Assembly: GCA_964016885.1 (NCBI GenBank)
Contig: OZ024743.1
Span: 73,098,001-73,162,000 of the forward strand
From: Eledone cirrhosa
Taxonomy: Eukaryota
Direction: 5' to 3'
Length of the DNA: 64,000 nucleotides
The notes under the pieces were generated by a model. That model was not told the DNA's origin, searched no databases, and worked only from the letters and a program-made list of their open reading frames with translations. The position numbers and the translations under genes were made by a program. The first letter of the stretch is position 1; every line of letters starts with the position of its first letter. Shown here one piece after another: positions 38,840-53,202 of the stretch.

Positions 38840-41057
38840 ATGGAATTCTTTAAGATCTCTTCTTCTCTAAAAGACATACCGCTACCTAGGAACAAAGATT
38901 TTATTGAACAATTAATAGAAAAATCAGACTCTTTTATAAGAAGAATCAGGTGGCGTGCTTTCCACTTTGATAAATCTAATCTAAATGAAAATGTTTCAAA
39001 TCTGGATAAAATTTTCAAATCTAAAAAAAATCCACCCCTCAACAAACTACTAATGGATTTTGAAAATGATATCGTATCTATCATCCAAGGCATCAAATTC
39101 AAAAAAAACTTCAAAGACCAGGATTACTTAAGAAGTATTAAGGATAATATTGAAAACGGAGAACATTCTAGTGAAGTCGGACAAAACTAATAATCTGTAT
39201 GGAATACAAAAGGACATTTATAACGACCTTATATTGAAAGAACTAAGGTAAAAGTACAAGGTAGCAAATAAGGACGAACTTGAAAAACTGAATACAGATG
39301 CATCTTGTATAACGCATGAATTAGACATTGAGAATAAAACACAACCCTTCGTGCCTAGGAAACCTAAGATCAATATGAAGGATCACAAAAGAAACTTTGA
39401 AAATGATTTACCAGTCAGATTAATTGCACCATCTAAATCTGACCTGGGCAAACTTAGCAAAAATATTCTAGACAGGGTAATACAACAAATTAAAAACTTA
39501 CCTAATTTATCTTACTTAAAATTATGGAAAGGGACTAGTGAGGTTATCGATTGGTTTAAAGAAATTAAATATAACTATAATAATAAGTGTATTCAGCTGG
39601 ATATTGCTAACTACTATTCATCTATCACTCCTAATCTACTGAATAAGGCACTAAATTACGCATTTAAACATACAGACCTAACTAGCAATGAAATACACAT
39701 TATATTATCGGCAAGGAAAACATTGATAGAATTTAATAACCAACTCTGGACTAGGGCAGATAGAAATAATAATTTCGACATAACTATGGGATCATCAGAC
39801 TCAGCTCAGGTAACGGACCTTGTGGGCCCATTTATAATTAATTCGCTACATAGAAAAATACCAGGTGTAACCGGAGGCTTATATCGTGATGACATCCTTT
39901 TACTTATACAAAATAATAGCTGTGAACTAAATAGAAAAAGAAAACATATTATACAATTTTTTAATTACCTTAAACTAAAAGTAGAAATAGAGAATAACCA
40001 TAAAATAGTCAATTTTCTTGACGTAACACTAAATCTCAACACATGTCTTCATTATCCATTTCACAAACTAAATGAGAACTTGAATTATGTTAATTTTAAC
40101 TCTAATCACCCCAGATCTGTTAAAAATACTATAGTGAACTCTGTTCAAGAAAGAATTTCAAGAATTTCATCTAATAAAAATATATTTGATGAAAAAGCGC
40201 AGTATTACAACGAAGCGTTAGGTAGAGCTGGATATAGAAATAAAATTAAATACATTGATAATAATAATAATAAGCAAACTAACCAAAATAATAACAATTT
40301 GAATTATGGTAACAACTTTAACAACTATAATAGAAAACATTACAATAATTCCAAACGCCGAAAAAGAAATAGAACTAGAAATATATTATGGTTTGCTCCC
40401 CCTTTCTCACTAAATATTAAAACCCCTATTGCTAAACTATTCTTTAAAGCTCTTGACAAACGCTTCCCTAGAACACATAAATATTACTCAATTTTTAATA
40501 GACACACTATAAAATTAACTTACTCGTCCACCAAAAATTTAGCACAAAATATTAATAGAATTAATAATAGAAATTTAAAACCTAACCAAAATACCAATAA
40601 TAACCCAAGCGATATCCAATTGAATAACTGTAACTGTAGAAATAAATCTAACTGTCCGTTAAATAACAACTCCTTAGTTAAAAATGTAGTGTACAATTGT
40701 AATGTTAAAACTAATTTAAATTCATTTAACTATGTTGGTTCTACCTCTACAGAATTTAAATTTCGCTTCAATAATCATAAAAATTCTTTCACAGATCCAA
40801 ACAAAAAATCTTCAACTTCGCTATCTAGCCTACTATGGGACCTAAAACGAGATAATGTTAAATATTCGATGACTTGGAATATTATTTCATAAGCTACTCC
40901 TTTTAATTCCTCTTCAGAAAATTGTGATCTTTGTATTGAAGAAATATTCTTTATATTAAAGTCCAAAAATTCCCTTAATTTAAGGAACAATTTATTCAGT
41001 TGCTGCAGACATAGATTGAACTCAACGTTTAAATATAAATATAAATTTAAAATGTAG
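38840..41057 (+). pseudogene. PLE 3 ORF (RT + GIY-YIG) with a few stops and frameshifts
   Basis: SLKDIPLP, RWRA, KDHK, FDITMGSSDS, GLYRDD, NFLDVTL, CNCRNKSNCPL, YVGST, CDLC and CCRH. Confidence 0.93.
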
Positions 41058-42742
41058 TATAATTAATTAAGTAATTTAGTTAATATATGAAACCTGTCGA
41101 TAAATCATTAGATTCCTTCACCTTTTTCTTTTTAAACTTTCTTCCTAAATATAAACATAGATATAATAAACTACTCTAAAATGTCTATAATTCCAATGTC
41201 TTAAATAAAATATACGGAAGATAAATTTCTATACTAAATATAAGGATATATGTAGAATCCTTGGGTTTTTAAATCTTTTAAATTTTTTAATTTTTAAATT
41301 TTTTAAACTTTTTTTAACTTTTTTAATTTTTTAATTTTTTAATTTTTAAATTATATTGATATAATATTTATTTAACTTTTGTTTTATTTTTATTTTTATT
41401 TATTTTTATTAGTTTTGTTTTGATTTTGATAGCTTCTCATAATTTTCAGAAGTCTACCCTTTCAATATCTTGATTGAAATATACGTAGGATAAATTTCTA
41501 TACTAAATATATGAAACATATTATTTTAACTTAAGATACTCTATAGTGTTTTAAAGATATTTAATGCTTTGATATTTTTAGAATTCTTTTGTCCTTTTGA
41601 CTATACAGATATAATTGTATTTCCAAAATATAATCCTTTGGTATTTTAAATTTATATTGTTATAATTATATTTCCAAAGTATAATCCTTAGTAATATATT
41701 GATATTTGATTATCTCTATACAAATGTGTATGTGTGTATTAACATGCATATAAAAGTGTTATAGGTTTTTTATGATTGTATATATGTCTGTATGTATACA
41801 TGAGCGATGCGGGAAGACGCACGCAAATATTTATTTATACATATATATGGGTATATATATATATGTATATGTATGTGTGTGGGTAAGAGATATGTTGCCT
41901 AACCACGCAGTTTTGATTGCAGATATGCATAATTTTAACAGAATGTTAAATGCATGAATGGTAATCGTATATATGAAGACATGAATGTTAATCGTATATA
42001 TTTATGTATATATACTGTGAACTTTTTATAACACAAGGAATGTATAGCAGTGATTAAGAGAAATCGTCTGCGTTTTGTATGTCTATATTGTTGACTTGAG
42101 TAAATATAATTTCTATTTTCAGGACGTGCGTATATATATATATATATATTTGTGTGTCTTTGCCTAAGATACTGATTTCTCTAGCAATGTGTACATTTTG
42201 GATGATTAAACCCAAATTTTGGTATATTGATCTCAAGTTTTAAACTAAACATATAGTCATTGTTAAACAATGTCTAATTTCTCAATTTATATATTTATGT
42301 CCCATTCATGAATATTAATATTTATATTTTTATTATTCATTTCATATAAATTGTTAACTCAACTTAATATGACATGACGTAAAGTTTTCATTATCTCCCC
42401 CTCTCTCTATATAATATTTCTCTCTCTTGAGTCTTTCTATCTGTCTGGTGACTTAATATCTCTCTGTTGCTTTCCTCTGTTTTTCTTATTTCTTCCTTTT
42501 TTCTTTTTTTCTTTCTTTCCTCCTTCTTTTTTCTCCATGAATTTCCCTCTCTCCGATATTTCTCCACGTTTTTTCTTTCTCTCTCTCCGTCTTTTTCTTT
42601 CTCTCCGTCTTTTTCTAATTGTCCTTAACACTATGACTTATTAAAATAATATAAACCACTCATTATCCAGATGGCTTCCAAAAATAATGGTTGCATTTTA
42701 AAAGGGTACGTCAAAGCTTATTTGTAAAACTGTTATATATTG

Positions 42743-42807
42743 TATTTTGTCTGATGAAGGCATACCATAATTTAATTTGGTATCCCTGAAATATGTATAA
42801 TGAAATA
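42743..42807 (+). ncRNA. Minimal type I hammerhead (family B) in the 3' pLTR
   Basis: Same sequence as 38595-38659. Confidence 0.85.
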
Positions 42808-42935
42808 AATATGGTTTTATAAATATAGTTTCCATTTATTAATATCGTATATCTATTCCAAATACTTGTCGAGTGCTTTATATCAGTTATAAAAATATTT
42901 ACTTGTTGTATCCCAACAATTTTAAATAGAACTTT

Positions 42936-43681
<746 letters not shown>

Positions 43682-43726
43682 CACACGCCCACGCATATAT
43701 ATTTATATATGTGTATATATATATAC

Positions 43727-43791
<65 letters not shown>

Positions 43792-43794
<3 letters not shown>

Positions 43795-45662
43795 GGAAAG
43801 TTATATTTAAATTGTTGGGTTACAACTAGTAAATATTTATAACTGATATAAAAGCACTCAACAAGTATTTGGAGTATATTTACGATATTAAATAAATGGA
43901 AACTATATTTATAAAACCATATTTATTTCATTATATATATTTCAGTGATATCATATTAACAATATGTTATGCCTTCTTCAGACAAAATACAATATAGACA
44001 GTTTTATAGATAAATAGATTTGACATACCGTTCAACATCGACTTGTATTTGAAAAAGTTGATTTGGCAGTGAAAAATTGTAAACAGAAAGAAAGAAAGAA
44101 AGAAAGAAGGAAAGAAAGAAAGAAAACGAAGAAAAAGAAGAAAAAAGAAGAAATGCATGCAACAAAATAGAGAGATGGAAAGATAGATAAAGAGAAGAAC
44201 TTCATGTAAAGAAACAGAGAGAGATATATAGAGAGAGGAAATGGATAGAGATAGATATATATAGAGAAAAGTAGGTAGTTGAACATCCGTTGAATGACGT
44301 ATCAATGATACATTTATTTATTTATTTAGCTCTAGTATTAATGTAAGGGAGATATATGTGGTTAGGAAAGAAACCAGCCGTTATATAGAGAGAAAAATGA
44401 AAAGTAACCAGACATAGGCGAGGCAGAATTTAAAAACCCTATGTTTTAATGTAGAAATATTAGTTTGTATAAAAAACAGGCAATATAATGTAAATATCAG
44501 TATTCCTGAATGAGACACGTATCTATAATGTGTGAAAAGTAATGATCTTATGTCTAGTTTTAAAAATTCATATGTTTATATGATAACTACAAACATCGAT
44601 GTGAATTTACGTGATCAACTTTGCAAACCCCTATTTCACACCGAGAACATTCTCATTGTGCTATAAAAATTTAAGTATACATATATGTGTATATATACAC
44701 ATATATATAGAGTCTATATTAATTTTAACAATACTATTCTTGTCTTTACTCTACATGATTATCTATCAAGCAGAAATAGAGAACAGATTTCAATATATTA
44801 ATAAAAAATATCAGAAACAAAAACAAAAATAATAATAATAATAATGATAAACAAATAAATAAAATAGAAAACTAAAAAATATTACATATTAAAAATAAAA
44901 ATATTAAAAATATTAAAAAATATAAAATAAAAATAAAAACACAATATGCCACGCAAATCGACCACAAAGATCAACCCTTCAAAATTAATTGACAATATAT
45001 TGCCAAGTTCATTATAAGCATCAGAGTCGAAAACAGATAAAGCTAAAAATTATTTACGAAATCGCGTCTAGCAGAAATCATTTCAAATGTTTAGGATGCC
45101 CATTTGGTCTACATATGTTCTTATATTTAATATAGAAGTTTATCTAGTGTAACGTTTATTCGATATATTTGGAGCATCAACTTTTAGGGTAGTTTAATTT
45201 TTCATGAAGAATGTTTAAAATAAAAATAAAAATAAAAATAAAAAGAAGAATAAAACGGATGTTCAACTACCTACTTTTCTCTATATATATCTATCACTAT
45301 CTATTTCCTCTCTCTATATATCTCTCTCTGTTTCTTTACATGAAGTTCTTCTCTTTATCTATCTTTCCATCTCTCTATTTTGTTGCATGCATTTCTTCTT
45401 TTTTCTTCTTTTTCTTCGTTTTCTTCCTTTCTTTCCTTCTTTCTTTCTTTCTTTCTTTCTGTTTACAATTTTTCACTGCCAAATCAACTTTTTCAAATAC
45501 AAGTCGATGTTGAACGGTATGTCAAATCTATTTATCTATAAAACTGTCTATATTGTATTTTGTCTGAAGAAGGCATAACATATTGTTAATATGATATCCC
45601 TGAAATATATATAATGAAATAAATATGGTTTTATAAATATAGTTTCCATTTATTTAATATCA
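43792..45662. mobile_element. Family B-like inverted pLTR pair with HHRs at 43924-43989 (minus) and 45556-45621 (plus)
   Basis: ~43883-44290 is the reverse complement of ~45255-45662. tattttgt-CTGAAGA-...-GAAA-tatata-TA-atgaaata. Confidence 0.85.
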
Positions 45663-45677
45663 TATATATATATATAT

Positions 45678-45898
45678 ATTTATTAAAATAACAGATTAAA
45701 GTTTAAGCAAAGAATCGCTGCTTTCACCCTTAACGGGAGTTTCAGAAGATCCCGTTAAGGGTGAAAGCACCGATTCTTTGCTTAAACTTTAATCTGTTAT
45801 TTTAATAAATATTTGCTCTACGGTTCTTATATATTTGATATATATTTATCCTTATCGAGCCCTCTTTTGATTTTAGTCTTCAAATTTATTATTATTAC
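45678..45898. repeat. Short fold-back element
   Basis: Arms ~45678-45738 and ~45751-45812 plus a tail. Related to 12478-12625. Confidence 0.8.
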
Positions 45899-46065
45899 TA
45901 TATAAATATATATATATATATATATATGGAATGTAGAAAAGTAACACACGAGTTGATATATATAAACAAATAGTAAAAGGAAAAAGAATTCAGTAGAAAA
46001 TGCTGAAGAGATTATTGCAGTATAATATCAAAACATTTATTCATATATATATATATATATATATG

Positions 46066-48637
46066 TAATATAAGATCAAAAGATGGTTAAAGGAGTTCCA
46101 TGTATTTTATTATGCGCATTTCAAAAACAAACATCATCATGCAATAATATTTGTGTTTTCATCAGATAAAACAGGAGAACATGATATGAAGGCTAAAAAA
46201 CACTTGTGGATAGTGCAGTTTTAAATCAACATATGAAAAGTGGTTTTAGATTGATGTGTGATATTGTGAAAAATATTTTATTTGGAGAGGGGGGGTGGAA
46301 AGGATGAAAAGGGGGAGGAGATGAGAGGGAGAGATGGGTGATAGAGAGAAAGAGATAGTTTTTATAACTGAGAGGAGATATATTGTTTTACATAGAGAGG
46401 TTGAAAACCGTTGGAAGATAATGTATAAATTAAAAGAATTTGAAAATTAACGAGGAAAAAATATTTTATTTAGGGAGGGGGGGGAAAGGATGAAAAAAGG
46501 GGGAGGAGATGAGAGTGAAGGTGGAGAGGGAGAGATGGGTGATAGAGAGAAAGAGATAGTTTTTATAACTGAGAAAAAGATATATTGTTTTACATTGGAA
46601 GATAATGTATAAATTAAAGGAATTTGAAAATTAACGAAGGGAATTTATGTATGAAGATAGAGAGAAAAAAATAATAACTGTGGATGAATATTCTAACGTC
46701 AAAAAAAGTGTATGTTGATAAGTATTGTAGCAATTTCAAAATTAACGAAGAGAAAAATTATTAAGGTTTGTGTGTAGAGGGATTTGAGAAAAATAATGTG
46801 AAGTTAAAGTTTGTATATTGAAGGAATTGATAATATATGCGAATAAAGAGTTAGTATGTATTAAGAATGAGTTCGTTGATGGGGAGAAAAAAATAATAAA
46901 TTAAGGATGAAATTGAGATTAAAAAGATTTATGATAGAGAGAAAAAATAATAATGATTGCGGATGAATATTCTAACGTCAAAAAAACAAATGTATATGTT
47001 ATGAAGGATTTTACAAGGTGAAGATAGAATGAGGGTAATGAGTAAACAAGTATCATAGAGTGTATAATGCCCTTTAAAGTAAGGTGGGAAGATGGGTATA
47101 TTTTAAAGAGGTGTATGTATATGTGCCTTTGAGAAAAGATTCTAAATTGATAAAGAATTGACTGAAACTTAAAAGAACCAACACTGCTCTCTCAGAACTC
47201 ATACGGTCCTTAAAAGACAAAAACATTAAATATACCATCTTTAGGAAGAAGGTTTCTTCTGCATCCTCATACTTGAACAGCTCTCTATCTAAAATCTGTA
47301 ATCTCTGCCTAAATGAAAAATTTACCATTATCTCTAACCTAGATTCTATAATAAATAGACGTACAGATTTGTTTTCTATCTGCCTGCATAAATTCCATAG
47401 GACTTTTCACAAAGTATACAGTTAATATTCAATTCTTTATCAATTTAGAATCTTTTCTCAAAGGCACATATACATACACCTCTTTAAAATATACCCATCT
47501 TCCCACCTTACTTTAAAGGGCATTATACACTCTATAATACTTGTTTACTCATTACCCTCATTCTATCTTCACCTTGTAAAATCCTTCATAACATATACAT
47601 TTGTTTTTTTGACGTTAGAATATTCATCCGCAATCATTATTATTTTTTCTCTCTATCATAAATCTTTTTAATCTCAATTTCATCCTTAATTTATTATTTT
47701 TTTCTCCCCATCAACGAACTCATTCTTAATACATACTAACTCTTTATTCGCATATATTATCAATTCCTTCAATATACAAACTTTAACTTCACATTATTTT
47801 TCTCAAATCCCTCTACACACAAACCTTAATAATTTTTCTCTTCGTTAATTTTAAAATTGCCACAATACTTATCAACATACACTTTTTTTGACGTTAGAAT
47901 ATTCATCCACAATTATTATTTTTTTCTCTCTATCTTCATACATAAATTTCCTTCGTTAATTTTCAAATTCCTTTAATTTATACATTATCTTCCAACGGTT
48001 CTCAACCTCTCTATGTAAAACAATATATCTTTTTCTCAGTTATAAAAACTATCTCTTTCTCTCTATCACCCATCTCTCCCTCTCCACCTTCACTCTCATC
48101 TCCTCCCCCTTTTTTCATCCTTTCCACCACCCCCTCCCTAAATAAAATATTTTTTCCTCGTTAATTTTCAAATTCTTTTAATTTATACATTATCTACCAA
48201 CGGTTTTCAACCTCTCTATGTAAAACAATATATCTCCTCTCAGTTATAAAAACTATCTCTTTCTCTCTATCACCCATCTCTCCCTCTCATCTCCTCCCCC
48301 TTTTCATCCTTTCCACCCCCCCCCTCTCTAAATAAAATATTTTTCCCAATATCACACATCAATCTAAAACCACTTTTCATATGTTGATTTAAAACTGCAC
48401 TATCCACAAGTGTTTTTTAGCCTTCATATCATGTTCTCCTGTTTTATCTGATGAAAACACAAATATGATTGCATGATGATGTTTGTTTTTGAAATGCGCA
48501 TAATAAAATACATGGAACTCCTTTAACCATCTTTTGATCTTATATTATGTATACTCCAGTCCTACAAACTGTAGAGTGCTTCTTATCCGATATCTGCATT
48601 GCTTTATTGTACTACAATAAAACTCACCTCCTACATT
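46066..48637. mobile_element. 5'-truncated Naiad-like PLE with ~1.1-kb inverted arms; HHRs at 46105-46171 (minus) and 48442-48508 (plus)
   Basis: 46066-47161 is the reverse complement of 47429-48547. ttttat-CTGATGA-...-GAAA-tgcgca-TA-ataaaa. Confidence 0.9.
47162..47425 (+). pseudogene. GIY-YIG C-terminal fragment (spacer of the fold-back)
   Basis: Translates to TALSELIRSLKDKNIKYTI...KICNLCLNEKFTII...IINRRTDLFSICLH. Confidence 0.85.
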
Positions 48638-48652
48638 ATATATATATGTATA

Positions 48653-48721
<69 letters not shown>

Positions 48722-48723
<2 letters not shown>

Positions 48724-49487
48724 TCCTTTTGAATTGAGTCTGAATTATTTTTCCCATATCTTATGTTAACTATTTCCCCATTTTGCCGCTATAGTCACAT
48801 ATAAGTTATGGAATACTGTTAGCTTCTCGCTACAACAATTTCTATACTTTCCATTTATATATATATACTCGGATTTATTTCTTAGAGTGCTTAAATTATT
48901 TGTGACTAATCCCGGTAATTTAAAAAAAAAAAGACCGCCATGATATTGCTTTTTGCTGAACTCCTTTTGTAGAGTTTTCTTTCGGAATGTTTTTGACTGT
49001 TGTTTCATGTAAACAAACATTTGTCTCATTCTGACGTCACCAGCCCTGTTTTTCCACATGTGCGTTTATTTTAATAACAGCGCATGATGTTAAACTAGCC
49101 CGCTTTTAAATTCCCTTTTTGGCATATTACCAGTGAGACCTTGGTTACCATGTTGAGCTCTGCTGACGAACGAAATCCAACCGTGACCATCTCCACTGAA
49201 AGTTTTCGTGAAATAGTCTTTTCAAGACTATACAGAGCATTTGAAGTTGTCCCAAATTGAAGTTTGAGTACTTTAGACTTTGTTTTATCATGAGTTAAGG
49301 CTCTATTGATTTTTCCCTGGATTTCTCTAAATTCTGTTGGATAAATATATATCCTGATTCCTGTTGAATTGAGTCTGAATTATTTTTCCCATATCTTATT
49401 ATAACTATTTTCCCATTTTGACGCTATAGTCACATATATGTTATGGAATACTGTTAGCTTCTCGCTACAACAATTTCTATACTTTGC

Positions 49488-49491
<4 letters not shown>
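48722..49491 (+). mobile_element. Retrozyme-like element: 135-bp terminal direct repeats (period 635) with an HHR
   Basis: 48722-48856 matches 49357-49491. (TA)n on both sides. No credible ORF. Confidence 0.8.
49157..49238 (+). ncRNA. Canonical type I hammerhead with a stable helix III
   Basis: gctctg-CTGACGA-acgaaa...tttcgt-GAAA-tagtctt ttc aagacta-TA-cagagc. Predicted cleavage after A49232. Confidence 0.9.
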
Positions 49492-49533
<42 letters not shown>

Positions 49534-49555
49534 GTACATATATATATATATATAC

Positions 49556-49611
<56 letters not shown>

Positions 49612-49965
49612 GGAAATCAGTAAAATCGAATCTCTGGCGGTTTGCAAGTAAATTCGGCTTACTTATATGAAATGTTGAGTTACCAAAGCACTCGATAAGA
49701 TAGTGCGTTAGAGTAATAACATACGTTTAAATAGCTTGACAAATCGAACATTGTGGTAGGCGAATCTAACACACAATATATACCAAAGTAACGATAGATC
49801 TAATCAGGTTGAGAAAAGTACACCTGGACAAATCAAAAGATCAATCGTTTAAAGTGTTTCTTTGAATCCGAAATCAAATATCAGACTTTCGCGAATGGCA
49901 AGCTCATGGTATTGGGGATCGAACGGAGGATTCAGTTTATCAACAGGATTTTCGTTTTGCCTAGT

Positions 49966-50003
<38 letters not shown>

Positions 50004-50137
50004 GTCTAACAATTAACCAGTTAATTTTTTTTAGATAATTCTATAGACTGATTAATTGCTTAAGTTTATTTTAAAAACTACCCGGTCGAGAACTTAATTC
50101 GATTTGTGCTGTTTTTGCAATGTTTGCATTGACTACA

Positions 50138-50582
50138 CAACTGAATTCATTTGCCAACATTTGGGGTTTTCTCCCCTGTAGAGTTACACATGTACTTTCA
50201 AAACACTGTGATATTCAAAACGCTGGCACAGAACAAAATACCTGTTGAGAAAGTGATATCCTTTTTCGATCCAAAAGCTTTTTTTTTAAGCAGACAGTAT
50301 TATTGATTTAGGTGTAGCAGAAACCCTGTACTGGATTTTACCCTCATTTCTGGGGATCCAGGTAAATATTTCATTAATATTTTCTTTGACCCGTTTAGCT
50401 TGCTTCGTTTTTTTGGTTGAGGTGGTTGATAGCTTCTTAACCGCTGTCTCAGTTTGTATGGCCTTTATAACATATGTTTATTACTCTGGTCTCTTTTGGT
50501 CCATGGAGCGCTTGTGAACACGAATCGGAAATTGCGTTTCGCTAATTCCTACACGCCGAAATGCGATTCTCGCTGAATTTAT
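50138..50582. repeat. Family G, second copy
   Basis: Shares collinear conserved blocks with 4797-5222. Confidence 0.75.
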
Positions 50583-50604
50583 ATTTGTATATATATATAT
50601 ATAT

Positions 50605-51058
50605 AAATTAATAAAATAATGAATAAACAAAGAAACAGTTCCTTATATTAAAAAAATTCATCATTTTACGATCGTTTCTAGGATATATATGTGTTAGAGT
50701 TGGTATGCATATTCTATAGATCTATGTACAATATTTATACAAACTATCAGAGGGAATATACATGTATATTCCCTCTGATAGTTTGTATAAATATTGTACA
50801 TAGATCTATAGAATATGCATACCAACTCTAACACATATATATCCTAGAAACGATCGTAAAATGATGAATTTTTTAATATAAGGAACTGTTTCTTTGTTTA
50901 TTCATTATTTTATTAATTTATCTTGACTCTGTTTTCCGTTTATTTTTCACCGAAAGTAGTTTTTGAATACATCTTCTCTTTTCATGATATCCGGATTACA
51001 TTGAGTTCTTCATACGGATTGGACACTACCGTAAACTTTTGGTAGATTTATCTACATA
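50605..51058. mobile_element. Family F spacer-less palindrome (centre 50762/50763) plus tail
   Basis: ~158-bp arms meet at gaatataca|tgtatattc. Carries only the 3' half of the HHR. Confidence 0.85.
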
Positions 51059-51874
51059 TATATATTTATATATATATATATATATAACGAAGGAAATGTG
51101 GTAAGGAACCAGATGGACTATAACGCACCAAAGTACTCAATACTTAGGGTAGTAGAGTGGGTAATAGGAACGAGTAGGACCTCGACGGCTGAGCTCAAGC
51201 CGTTTCGACGGCTAATTCTGGACTAAATTGGTCCAGAATTAGCCGTCGTTATATGCTCAAATACAGCTCAAAATTCAAGATGTCAGAGCTTTGCACATTC
51301 CCAATATCATAGTACACCACATATTTGCAATCTAATACAATCTAATTAGGATAAAGGAACGTAGAGGCAGAATATATTATACTTACATTACCATAACGTT
51401 TTTACAAGGCCATTTCATGTAGTAAAAATGATCACCATCTACCTTTGGATTAACATAACCAAATGGTGATAGCATGAGCTGCAATCATCAGTAGACATCT
51501 TAAAGTTTTAGAAAGATATTAGTTCCCAAATAACGAGAGGCCATAACACGGGCCGCGTATAGAACAAAAATAAAATTATAATGTTTGATCAAGTTAGAGG
51601 CAGATAAATATATGTTAAAATGATCGATATATAACATATAAGGGTGATGTGGCTCGATGATAACTCTAAGATAGAATTAGAGCTAAAAGTCAAAGACCTC
51701 AGAGCTTTGCACAATGCATATATCATGGGATATCACATATCTATTTTCTTCCAGAGAACAATTTAATTGGGTTTTAAAAAATCGTAGAGACAGAATAAGT
51801 ATTGTACTTACGTTGCATCTAAGTGTTTACAAGCTCTATATGGTACCATTTAATATATATGGTACCATTTAATA

Positions 51875-51920
<46 letters not shown>

Positions 51921-52049
51921 GACTATCCAGGGATAACTTGAACCGTTAAGGTATATTATCGTTGGTTATGTCAAAATTTATAAAACACACTTCGTATTTT
52001 ATCTGATGATAGCATACCAAAATTGCTGGTATCCTTATGCATATCATTA

Positions 52050-52079
<30 letters not shown>

Positions 52080-52081
<2 letters not shown>

Positions 52082-53178
52082 TTCATATGGTTGGTTTATA
52101 ATCTGTATCTATGTGTGTGAGTGTGCTTATGTGCGTATACGTTCTGTATATGTATACGAACGCCTCCGTATGTGTGCGTGCGTACGTATATATATGTGTG
52201 TGTATGTGTGTGTTTATATCTATATTTTTTTATATCTTGGTTTTTTACATACTTATTTATACGTGTGTGTGTATGCGGGAGAATGTATGTGTGTGTATAT
52301 GTGTGTATATGTATATGTATGTATGGGTGTGTATGTATATATGTATATATATAGTCGCGTACGTACGTGTGATTAGATATACATGTGGCGATATATATAT
52401 ACGTGCCTCGTATGTCTGTACGTATTTGTGTGTATAAATATTTTATATATATATATGTGTGTATGTACGTGCGGACCTATGTGTGTTTTCTTTTCTCTAG
52501 TGTTAGTTGATTAATTTCTCTTTGATTTAAACATTTTTTTTCATTCTCATATAATGTTTCATTTTTATACATATATCGAGAATGACACTTATTTTTACTA
52601 TTACACTCCCTTCCCTCTTTATCTTCCGCATATAAGTGACCGCGTGTGTGTGTGTGTTTATACGCGTGCTTTCATACTCGTATGTGTATTTAATACCTGT
52701 ATCTGGATGCGTGTTAACTATATTATCTTACAATTTCTTTTTCAACTCATATTATATACGTATTTGTGGTCACATATACACAAATATACTTGCCTTCATA
52801 TATGTAGTTACGCACAAATTTTCACCATACACATGCATATGTACATACACACATATGTACATTTGTGAGTGTATATACATACATATACACATGCCCTAAC
52901 TATATTTCCTTATTTTTTTATATATCTCTTGCATTACTTTTATTTATATATTTTTTGCATTTCTTGAGGAGACGTTTAAAATATTTCAGTATGTTTTAAA
53001 TTGCCTTGTCCGACGAACGAATGAGGACGTTGTTCGTATTCGTCTTATTCGGGAAACCTCTGTTAATGAGGTAATTATATTGTATTGTTTATTATACATT
53101 AAATTTTGCTCTTGTACTTACATAGAGCACTCTCACTCCAATGACTTTTTTCAATTTTCAACGGAAACTTCAATACTT
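52080..53178 (+). mobile_element. Family A pLTR with a CCGACGA hammerhead at 53004-53071
   Basis: Collinear with ~5715-6850. Confidence 0.85.
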
Positions 53179-53202
53179 ATATATATATATATATATATAT
53201 AT

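Larger units (their letters stand above)
38059..42940 (+). mobile_element. Full-length Naiad-like PLE 3 with direct pLTRs (~38135-38790, ~42297-42940) and a short inverted 5' piece
   Basis: Near-identical ~650-bp repeats, each with an HHR. 38059-38133 is an inverted copy of ~38625-38700. (TA)n flanks. Confidence 0.93.

Noticed and set aside
51180-51260. Hammerhead in family E (also 11095-11140)
   Set aside because: A hairpin and GAAA are present, but there is no CUGANGA equivalent or UH site.
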